DNA of 64,000 bases. Source: Octopus bimaculoides. Its lineage: Eukaryota. The position numbers were made by a program, and so were the translations under genes. The DNA lies in NCBI RefSeq assembly GCF_001194135.2, contig NC_068983.1, positions 137,394,429-137,458,428 of the forward strand. Direction: 5' to 3'. Positions 52,996-64,000 of this stretch are shown here, piece by piece (position 1 is the stretch's first letter; each line of letters starts with the position of its first letter). Below the pieces are notes generated by a model, which made no database searches, was not told the DNA's origin, and saw only the letters and a program-made list of their open reading frames with translations.

Positions 52996-55148
52996 GTAAG
53001 TAATTCTCACACGCACACACACATATGTATGTATATATATATTTCTATATATATAAAATATCGTTGTATCAAATTTGTTTATTACATACATTACGTCTTT
53101 AAAGGCTACTTAATTCTAAATTAACTTAAATTTGTTTAATTTTCTTCATTTGCAATGTATGGACTTTTTTGTTATTTTCTATGAAATATTTGAAAAATAA
53201 TTCGATGGCATGTATTACGTATCTGGTGATAGCTTACTTTAAAAAGGTCTGTCAAAAAGAAAACAGTGAAGGGGAAGGTAGATGTTATCCACATCAGAAA
53301 TCGTTATTCGAACTCTTTACTACTAAAGCATTTTTTCAAGAATTATGTTTCTTGATAAAAATTAAAATTTTTATACTTACCCAGCAATGTTGATTAGAAT
53401 GCATAAATACTTATACACACACTAGCATTGCATTAAATATTAAACTGTCCATGGATTTATTCCAAAATAAGAAGGGTTCCACTTTCTATTATCGACTGTT
53501 AGAACAGTATATGCACACAAATACATATATTTCATATGTATTTATATATTGTTGTGCATGTGTGTGTACATCTAGACATGTCTTCTGGCACATAATGACT
53601 TAGCAAGACGTTCAAACGTTAACTGAAACAATTCTAAATATATGTAGAGCTTAAAATTTATGCTTACAAAGAAAAGATTGACAGTGAGACCTGACTTTGT
53701 AGTTACACTTGTGATTAGGTTCATCAACTCTTGGAACCAATCCCCGATGAAATAAAAACACTGACAACCTGTTGTTCATCATTGATCAATCCGACCAAGC
53801 ATAACCTGGGGCTAAACAAAGAGCCCTGTGCAGTTAGTTTCTTGGCCTAACTAAATAGCAGATGTCCTTTCAAATCACACCCTACCATTTTAAGAATGTA
53901 TGAGGGACATGGGACACCCAGTCATGACTTGGGGCTAAACAAACGCATACAATCAGATTAAATGGTTTCTATTAAGGACTGGAGAAATATAAGATTTTCT
54001 AAACTCAACTCTTCCTGTTCTCAACCATTACCTGATTTAAATTCAGGCATTTTTATTTTCATTCCAATGATCTTTGAAAACACATGTCATATTGTTAACT
54101 GGGGATATAAACATCCACACTCACAACTGGCATCCCTATTGTTTCCATTTTCCAATTTCTCTTACAAGGCATTAGTTGACCTCCAGCTGTAGTACAAGAC
54201 ATTTGCCCAAGTTGCCACTTCGGATAACATGTTATGAAGTTAACTCTGTTCATATGGCCATGTGTCTATTATACAGTAATGCCTTGATATAAAAGTTACT
54301 CTTTTCCCAGAGATAGCTTGTAAAACGAAAACACATGAAGCAGAACAATAATTTCCCAGAAAAAATATTTTATCTGTAAAATTTATAATACTCATAGATA
54401 GATGGCAATAAGACAACAGTAGAATGTAAAGAATATCAAGATCATTTATAATAAAAAAATATTTTTATAATCATTTTCTGAATCAATTTCACTTACACTA
54501 GACTCATGCCACCATCACTTGCAGACACGATTGCCAATTTGCAAACACTTGTAGACGGACTTGTAGATTTCTTTTTACATAACAAGTCTAGAGTTGTTTG
54601 CTTAGAAGCTTTTTTTCACTCTCTAAATTTCTCAGTAATACACAGGAACATTTATGGTAGTAGAAATTTTTGCACTTCATTCAGAATTTGGATCTTGAGT
54701 TTGAAAAATAAAACTCGTAATGTGAGGTATTAATGTATGTTAATTGCATCCATACAGCCACATGTAATGATGAACTAAATCTACCAACATTATTATGGAT
54801 CGCTGAGTCCCCAGAAATAGCTGTTGGACTTATAATAACCCCTTTTTAATTCTCTCTGTTGTTTGTACTCTGTAAGTTGGACCTGTTGTTATAAATATAT
54901 ATTTATACTTCATCATCTGAAAGTATCCATCTTTTGCTTTCTCTTGTTTTGCATATATACATACTTCATATTTCATTCCCAAACTAATATAGTTGATATA
55001 TCCAGTTTGTTTATTCACGTGATTGCCTCTATGTGTGTGTATATGTATAAGCAGGTACGTGGACACTACATATCCAGATGCTAGGTTCTCATGCTCACCT
55101 CTCTTATTAATACAACCTTTCTTCTTGATTTTCTTTTATTCTTTCTTT

Positions 55149-55515
55149 TACTTGTTTCAGTCATTTGACTGCAGCCATGCTGGACCACCGCCTTTAGTCG
55201 AGCAAATCAACCCCAGGACTTATTCTTTGTAAGCCTGGTACTTATTGTATTGGTCTCTTTTTACCGAACCACTAAGTTACGGGGACGTAAACACACCAGC
55301 ATTGGTTGTCGAGCGATGGTGGGGGGACAATCACACATACATACATATATAATATATATATATAATGTGACGGGCTTCTTTCAGTTTCCATCTACCAAAT
55401 CCGCTCACAAGCTTTGGTCGGCCCGAAGCTATAGTAGAAGACACTTGCCCAAGGTGCCACGCAGTGGGACTGAACCCAGAACCATGTGGTTGGTAAACAA
55501 GCCACTTACCACACA
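55149..55515 (-). mobile_element. Near-full-length tRNA-derived SINE
   Basis: Reverse complement begins with the tRNA-like head ..GTGGTAAGTGGCTTG..GGGTTCAGTCCCACTGCGTGGCACCTTGGGCAAGTGTCTTCTACTATAGC. Confidence 0.85.
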
Positions 55516-56568
55516 CACAATATCTGTAAGCATTTCTTTGTAGCTGGGCTGTTTGGGTGAGAGATGTCATTATGCACTCTTAAAATAAATTAACAGAAAT
55601 TACAAAAATAAAAGGCATATAACTTACATGTTATAAATTATGCCTTCTGTATTGACAATAAATGTAGATTGCTTGGAGTATATGTTAATGTGTGTGGTAG
55701 CCATAGAACAATGAATGTGGAAAAGTTCTGATAGGGTTTGGGGGAATAATATTCTACTTCCATGAAAAGCAGAAGTGCCAATGAACTGAAAGTGAAGTAG
55801 GGCATTTAAAGAGCTGAAATATATGTAAGGGTGGTGATGTGAACAATAGATGCTGGATGAAAATGTGTTGTTTGTTAGATACTTACTTACCACAGTAAAA
55901 TGCAGTAAGAAATATGGTGCAGTTTCAAATAACACCATGTCAATAAATCTTAAAAGAGTAGGGCAATAAGTGATGGTATATAGAATCTAATGCTAATATC
56001 AACAAAAGGGCATTGTAATAATAATCCTTATTTAATTTTATTACTGTATTACTTTCACTATTTGCTTGTCTTAACTAATTAATTACCAACAGCACTAATT
56101 TATATCTGAGTGTGCTGTACACCAGGAATTAACTGCTAGTGGCACCAGTTCAGTTTTGAAATAGTAAACTTGCATTTGGAAATTTCAAAAGTTAGGGGGG
56201 GGGGTTCTGCAAAGTGACAGCCACAAATGACCTCCAGCGAAACTGATAATCAAATAACTTTATAGTTCCACAGATATTCTTTTAATTTGAAGGCAACATT
56301 GGACGTTGATTTTTCCATGATGAAATTTTAACATGAAGTTTCAGGTAATGGAAGTAGTCAACTCACAGACACATACACAAAACTTAGTTTGCAAGTAATA
56401 TGGCACAAATACCCTACATCTAGTAGTGGGTCGGTGTATATGTCAATTGACTACTTACTATTTCCATGATGCTTCATTCTAAAATTTCTTAATATATTCT
56501 GATAAATTTTTGAAACCTAACGTATTACCTTATGTTCTAATACCAAATCTTATTTTCTTCCACTCCAG

Positions 56569-56664
56569 CATTTTGTTGGTGGCAATGGACCTACACGAGA
56601 CCACCCTGATCCTCTACCTGTCAGACCAATGAATGTTCTCCATTCCTCAGCTGGTTACATAGAT
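56569..56664 (+). CDS. Shared (constant) exon C1: HFVGGNGPTRDHPDPLPVRPMNVLHSSAGYID; completes the split THAP finger
   Basis: Strong acceptor TCTTATTTTCTTCCACTCCAG| with branch-like TTCTAAT and consensus donor GAT|GTAAGT. 96 nt, phase 0-0, open frame starting His-Phe. Confidence 0.9.
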
Positions 56665-58259
56665 GTAAGTTTCTTTTTATTTAACTTCATTTGAACATTG
56701 TATGTGTGTATGCACACCCATGCAGAGTATGTACAAATAATAGTAAGAGTACAAGCAAATACTCAGCACATTTAGTCGGGAGTAAGTGTGTGGTGAGTTG
56801 ACTGCTTCCGTTATTCTGCAGTTTCATGCCAACGTTTCTTTACTTCTATGTCATCTGGTAAATTCCTCAAGGTACAAAACTTATGGGGAAAATTAAACAC
56901 TAATAAATATATGGTAGTAACATTGTGGCAATGCACATAATAATGTTTAATAAGTTACATCTTATTTCTCAACTTAAAATATTGTCCACACATCAAGAGA
57001 AGTGTAGACATTTGATGCTCTTGACAATAGTTACAGTAATTTTATATTAGGTTTGTATATAGCTTTATTAGGTTTTCCAAAGATTCTTATATATTAGTTA
57101 TATTTTCTATGGCAATTAATCATGTTTTATAGAGTCCTTATTTCTACAATTGAGTTTGTTCCATTTTCAAGCATTTTCTCTCTCCATAGCATGAGAATTT
57201 TTAGATACAAGATTGAAGATGCTTAGTTTTATACATACCCCTTAGCAGGTATGAAATTTTAAGATTAATTTCTTTGCTATTAATTGAGACATTTAATATA
57301 AAATTTTGGTGAACAATATATTCTGTTTACTTGACCTAATTTTTTACTAAAATCCTCTCAATAGCTTTGAAATCTACTATAACAACTCCATTGAAGCTGA
57401 CTTTGGTTTCTTTATATCTCCTAGTCAACTTCAGGGTGTCTTAACTTTCATGCCATGCAGAGGTGATTTCTCCAAAACTTCTTTCAATTTTCCTACTGCA
57501 CTATTTTACTCCTTATCCTATGTTTTGCAAGCATTCAAAATTGGAATTGCCGTGTTTTTTTTACTTAGCTAGAACCTTATCACCACTATCTTAACCTTCA
57601 TTTTTCCATGCTCAGTTAGGTCAGCCATAATTTGTTGAGCTAGATTTTCTATGGCTGGATGCCCTTCCAGTCACCAACCATCACTTTTTTTTTTTTTCAA
57701 AGTAAGATAGCATTTCCCCGTGATCTGATTTGTCTTGGAAGTTACACTCACAACTATCACAATGCCAAGGCTGAAAGACTAACACACACACAATGGGTTT
57801 CTTTTCAGTTTACACCTACCAAAATCCACTCATTACTTTGGTTGGCTAATAAGTAAAAGACATTTGTAACACAGCATGTGGGAAGCAGACTTTTTTTTTG
57901 GGCCTCAATCAACTAAAAAAAAAAAAGAAAATCCTGTTTGGTGTTTTTGTGACTAACTTGTCTTTTTGAACACAGTGCATATGTAATGTTCATTTAATGA
58001 AAGTTAATATATTATTCTTAAAGATTTAATATTTAAAAAGAATGCTATTTAAAGTAAACTGAAGAGTAACTTGCAAAGGGGGATACACCTTGACATTTGA
58101 CATTGAAAGCATTGCTTCTGTACATTCCCTCCCAAAGAAAGGCATTTCTTCCAACCAAGCCAACTATTGCCCCATTGCTCTCACTTAAAGCATCTATGTA
58201 ATAGACATTCGTCACCTTAAGTGTCTTGTCATTCACCTGTTGGGTCTCACTTTAAAGAA

Positions 58260-59330
58260 GTTTACCAAAATCAGTATCATTTGCTCTAGACATCAGTAAA
58301 GCCTTTGACCATGTCTGGCATGCAAGACTGTCGAAACTTCCCGCCTACAGGCTTCACTCATCTATTGGATCAGTAATTTCATATTCGATTGCACCAATAC
58401 AGCATATATTGACTGTACTTTGTCTCTCTTATTCTCAATCAACTCCAAGTTCCACATATTCTTTATATCAATGCCACACCATTCAGCCATGCCCAGATGA
58501 CATGACCCTTCATTCTTTCCTAACCTTTCATAATAACACATCATCTACATGCAACCTAGACACCACATACCAAACCTGCATTGGCTCCACTTTCAGGGCA
58601 TCCTCTAGTGAGACCATGCCAACCTTTTCTGTTTTAACAACAGAAAACTCAAGCACTATGCATATTAAAAAAACACCATTGAACTCTTGCTAATCACTCA
58701 GCTACAGCTCCTCACTGTGCCACTGTCATCTGGCAAGAGTATATCTCTGGTATGGCTAGAATCACATCCCAAAAATGAGTCCTCTTTAGGGCTAGAAAAT
58801 ATTTCATTCCTTAAAAGCTGCCAACATTCTACAAGCTCAAGTTAGGCTCACAATGGAGTACTATGTCCCCATTTGGGACAAAACAGCAACTGTGCACACT
58901 GGCGCCCTGAGCCACAGCCACAAAAGAGCTATTCAACACTAATAGGTACATTACAGCCTCTAGCACACAAGTAGACTGTCTTTCTATTGCTATTGTAATG
59001 GTCTCTGCTTCTGAGAGCCAGCTGGTCTCATACCCCACTAGTTAGGTGCTCCTGACCCACTTGTGTTTCCATCCTTGTCACTAACCATAAATCTGAATCA
59101 TTCCGTTGAACATTGGCTCTCTGGGATCCTCTCCCTGCTCACATCTTTCTTGTAAGTATTGACTTGCAACAGTTTAAACAGAACATTAACAATCAATTTC
59201 ACCAATCTCAAAAGGCCTGTGAGAGACTGAGGCTCTGCCCCATTCTCCAGACTCTGCAAGTTAGAAGAAAATTACTTTCAATTTTTGCTAGAAGGATTTT
59301 TTTTTTTTTTTGTATAAGATAATGGCAAAC
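58260..59330 (+). mobile_element. Degraded L2/CR1-group LINE (RT and 3' end)
   Basis: ALDISKAFDHVWHA, a YADD-equivalent CPDDMTLH, and RARKYF..YKLKLG..MEY..IW remnants, with many stops. Confidence 0.75.
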
Positions 59331-60934
59331 TAATACACTTTTATCCCTTGTGTGCTCAAAATACTTATTTTGAGTATTTTAAAAATTGGAGATAAGTTTG
59401 TTGTATTATGGGATTTAATTTTCATAAAACAAGCTATGAAACCTTTGTATGTCTGAGGTATTACGGTGCAAAATTAAAACATTACTACTATTCTCATATT
59501 GAGTCACAGTACCCTGCGAAATTAATAAACCTTTTCCATAACCTTTTTTGGGCTGTAACCTAGTTTCATATAAACATTTCTAATATTAGCAAGGATAACA
59601 GTCACTTAGAAGAAACATAGCAAAAATATATAATTTTGATTGAAGTTTAATCCCAAATTAGACTGATTGAGCAGACATATAATCAATGAATGACATTGAC
59701 TCATAGCCATCTTAAATTCTGTAAGGTAGTGAATATGGTTTGAAGGAAATAGGACTGCTTTTTCTAGCAAGTTAGCAATCTCTTAGATCTTGTTTCATCT
59801 CTTTGTATTTTATTAGAACTATTTTACATGTTGATTGAAAGGAATCTTTTTAACACAATCCCCTGATCTGTAGTCATATGAGAAAACTATGATGCGTGTA
59901 AAATATCTTGCAGAAAGAAAAAAAAAGGGTTAGGATCACCAACAAGATTATTGATATATCTGGCTATTTACTGAATATCTAAGTACTTTGCATGAGCATC
60001 TCAAATTACTAGCTATCAGCTGAGTCTTGGGCATTTAATTTCCTATTGAGCCATTTCATCTAACTTCTTCCATGTGCCTGCATTTTTCAGTTGTAATCAA
60101 TAGATGAAGGAACCATATCTTAGAGCCTTGTGTCAAGCTATTTATGGAGCTTGCTGTTAAATTTTGTCTTTGGGATATATAGAATTAGCATGTAGAATTG
60201 TTGGCAACAGTTTTATTCTATGAAAGTTATTACAAGATTCTAGCTTGTGCAAAAGTAAATGTTATCTTTAAGTGATTGAAGAGCTTGTTGAATCAATCAC
60301 TCTGTTAGATGTGAAGTATTTAATGTTTATTTCTGTATAAAGGATATAGTTATCTAGCAAATTTGGATGAAAATTAACTGTAGATTTTAACTATATCTGG
60401 TATTAAATTTTGTTGTCCAGAGAATTGCACTGAGAATTACCTCCCTTCAATTAGTTACATATTGACTATACTCACATTTTGAATATGAGTGATTTTTATC
60501 TGGTTATAGAGTAAAAATTAATTTCATTCATGAAGTTTATTTGTACTAGTTGGAACATAAGCTTCTATATTTGCTTTGTAACTGAATCATGTTTTAACCC
60601 ATTAGCATATGGATTACTTCTATCAAATGCAATGCTTATTTGTTTACATTGTTTTAAATTAATCATGCATTATGTCATATTGTCTACATTTTGCTGGTGT
60701 GAATACTTATTTTTAGAATGACATTGTATGGCAGGTGTGAGAGGTCAGATCTGTCAAATCTGAACATAAAACAGGATATTTGGGCCAGATAAGGCCAGGT
60801 TAGATGGCATAACTCTTTTAAATGTATATTTTTCACACAATATGTACATCTCAGAAGTCATTGTAAGTTTTCAATTTGATCTGAGGTTATTTTGTTTTGT
60901 TAATTTGACAAATAAAAGTTTGTACAAGATTATA

Positions 60935-61138
60935 CAGCGTTGGCCAAAAGTCACCTGATAGTAAGTCAAAACCATTTAATTCTAAGATTTGAATTTAATA
61001 ACAGCATCTAAATATGAAACATGAAAATTGTTCAAACTGAAGTCCTTCTTGAGTAACACATTTTTGTATTCAATACAGAATTACAGATAGTATTTCTGGA
61101 ATTTTGATTTGCTATCAGGTGACTTTTGGCCAACCTTG
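60935..61138. mobile_element. Tc1/mariner-type MITE (204 bp, TA TSD)
   Basis: TA-CAGCGTTGGCCAAAAGTCACCTGATAG left end and CTATCAGGTGACTTTTGGCCAACCTTG-TA right end. Confidence 0.85.
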
Positions 61139-61915
61139 TATATACATACAATAAGATCAAAAGATCCTCTCTGAGCCTTAGGCTCAAGGCTGATTTCCTT
61201 GATTCTAATCACCCCCTGAGCAGGACACCTGTCCGCTGCAGGATTGCTCACTTTTGCCAGTTGAATGGACTGGAGCAACATAAAAATTAAGTGTTTTGCT
61301 CATTAACACAGCACATTGCCTAGTCCAGGGTTATCTTACCATGGGTGCAACACACTAACCACTAAACCACATTCACACACACTCTGACTCTCTTCCCAGC
61401 TTGAAGTTTGAGCTACATAATTTATAGAAGCTCTCTCAGTGCTAGAATGAGTTTTCTGATTGCTCTTGTTTTCTAGTTGCTTCAGGTGAAAAGAATTCAG
61501 CTTTGCAAATTTAGTTGAGGGTCATTCTATTACTTTTGCTGAGTTGTTCCAATAGGCCAACATATTGATAACTTGCTGTGGAAAAAAAATATGAAACATT
61601 ATGTGGGAGACTTATTATATTGGTGATTTCTGAATCTGTTGAACTGTGATAGCCATTTAACATACAAAACTGGCATCCAGTTATACCATTATTCACCTTG
61701 ATTTCTGTGGCAGACATTCTGTATTGATCATGACTTGACCTGGTGATGTGTATCTAGTAAATACATTCAATTCCATTCTGCCATAATTTTTTTCATTGAC
61801 TTTTGTAAATTGAGGTGGCCCTTTTTTTATATTTAAGGTAACTGATCTTCGTGACTCATTGTGGCATTGTATTACTTACTGAAAGTGGAGGGTGTGAATG
61901 TAATTATGTGTTCTA

Positions 61916-61962
<47 letters not shown>
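61916..61962. repeat. (TG)n(TA)n microsatellite
   Basis: Direct reading. Confidence 0.9.
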
Positions 61963-61965
<3 letters not shown>

Positions 61966-62974
61966 GGAATTTCATCTTCTAGATGCTATTAAGGAATTTT
62001 CTTATCAAATACTCAAATACTCTCTTATATATGGCTACGATGCATCAATTTTTAGAATTTTTTTGATCAGACTATGTAAATTTAAAGTTTCATCATACAC
62101 TCATACATGCAGTATCCTATCTGTAATACAGTTGCATTAGATTGTGCAGCAGTTTTTTTTTTTTTTGTTACATTCAGGAATAAAAATGTGCATTTCTGGC
62201 ATATATGATATTCATGTATATACCTACAGTTACTCTTTTTCCACCTCCCTAATATCCATTTCTGATTTTTCTGTCATCATTGTCCTCTTTCCAAATTCAG
62301 ATATCTTGATTTTTGTGTTCTCAATACCCAAAGGTTTTGGTCTCTACTCTGCAATAAATTATCTCCTTTGCATTGCTTAGCAATTGTGTGGTTCTAAATA
62401 GCAATGTTCATGTAATTGGAAAAAGTATTTGGTGTTCTATTTTCCTCATCAGAGCTTTCCGTTTTACAAGAAGATGAATGTCCAGTTTGACAGTGAATCA
62501 TCATCTTCATCATCATTTAATTTCCGTTTTCCATGATGGCATGGGTTGGACAGTTTTACTCAAAACTGGTAAGCCAGGGAGCTGCACCAGGTTCCGATCT
62601 GAATTGGCAAAATTTATACAGCTAAATGCCCTTCCAAATGCCATTGTTTTGTTTTTTGTCTGAGATTCCAAGGGCTTGGCACCTTTATAATAGGAAGATC
62701 ATTTTACAACATACATTTAAATATAATGAAAGTCTTTCCAGAGATGTAACTCCACATAAAAATTCTTGAGATTAAGTTTGTGGACACATTTTATTTTAGA
62801 GCATGGAAGACAGTGATTCGGAATCACATAAACCGTTAACTTCACTTAATCATTTATTAGTTTCAACAGTCTTCATTTGATATCCAGTTGCAACACTGAA
62901 TTACAATGGAATTTTGTCAGTGACTAGGTTGCAGATGATGAGATGAAAATTTTGATACCAAATAAGTGATGAAG

Positions 62975-63130
62975 TATGTAGTTAAGAAGCTTGCTTCCCA
63001 ACCATTCAGTATTGGGTTCTGTCCCACTACTCTACACCATGGGCAAGTGTCTTCTACTTTCGCCTTGGGTCGACCAACGTCGCTTGTGGGTTTGGTAGGT
63101 GGAAACTGAAAGAAGTGCATCGTGTGTGTA
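62975..63130 (+). mobile_element. tRNA-derived SINE head (same family as 55149)
   Basis: GTTAAGAAGCTTGCTTCCCAACC..GGGTTCTGTCCCACT..GGGCAAGTGTCTTCTAC..GGAAACTGAAAGAAG. Confidence 0.75.
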
Positions 63131-63879
63131 CCATTGTCTAGACCTCACATGATGGTTGTACATAAGCATCATCGTCACCTATGAAAAACATGTCTGGCTA
63201 TGAGAACATATTTCCTTGCTTGGAAACATGAAGAATGGCGACAAGAAGGGTATTTGGCCACAGAAAAATCTACCTCAACAAATTCCCTCTGACTCATACT
63301 AACATGGCAAAGCAGACGTTAAATTATACACACATTGTTATATTATCACGGAATTGTTTGGGATTGTATAACGTTTATTTTGTGTATCATGGGGTACAAA
63401 AATAAATTTTAATGTTACCAGATATAACATATTTGATCTCTATACAATTAAACACATTTTAAAGTTGACTGAGCCAAGATGAATTACCTGTGGTACCTTT
63501 CGTTGTCAACGTGGAAGTGACATTTTATTGAGTAATGTCTCCGCAGTTATTATTGGCTAGTGTAGGTTTGAAGGACAACAGGTACAAAATTGCAACTATC
63601 AGGGAATATGGACGTTGTAGATCTTTTATTCCATAATGGATACAAAAATAACTTCATTATCTCAGCACATCCGATGTGCTGGTCTGAATAGGTTTTGTGT
63701 AATGTGATAAAGATAAGGGACTTTTTTTGTCTACTCAATATTTATAATGACGGGTTGTTAATCGTCTTACAGAGTAATTTGCCTCTGAATCAAGGCAACA
63801 ACAATAAATTCTGTAGCGATTTTAGTTGTGGTTATTTATATCAGTTTTCATTTCATCACCGCCTCTCACCTGTGTGTTC

Positions 63880-64000
63880 TACGTGAAGTTCTGTTAGTGT
63901 ATGTGCCCAAACTTCACACGTCACGTGACAGACTAGTTGCCTCATTTTGAACTAATACTGGAGCGGAGATCATATCACGTGGCTATTGCCGCCATGTCGC
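63880..64000 (+). promoter_or_regulatory. CpG-rich promoter-like region with E-boxes and a Kozak ATG at 63994
   Basis: Palindrome GTCACGTGAC at 63920-63929, CACGTG at 63976-63981, GCCGCCATG at 63988-63996; truncated by the window end. Confidence 0.5.

Overview
AT-rich, repeat-laden animal genomic DNA. The tRNA-derived SINEs and RTE-LINE tails resemble those I recall from octopus, so a cephalopod source is likely (inference). It contains three N gaps. The main content is one large + strand locus (about 16.0-56.7 kb, continuing past the window) built like a variable/constant cluster. Nine ATG-initiated exons each encode a different transposon-type DNA-binding module: two complete THAP domains, two Crypton tyrosine-recombinase/DUF3504-like domains, four THAP domains cut just before the last zinc ligand, and one pipsqueak HTH. 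Every one ends at a GT donor in phase 0. A single 96-bp exon at 56569-56664 starts with CAT TTT (HFVGGNGPTRDHPDP...) and completes the THAP C2CH finger of the four split exons, so it is the likely shared constant exon. No other complete transposase or gene could be supported. The rest is decayed LINEs (RTE, L2-group, Penelope), SINEs, MITEs, mariner remnants and microsatellites, plus a promoter-like CpG-rich stretch with a Kozak ATG at the right edge. All splice junctions are predicted from sequence only.
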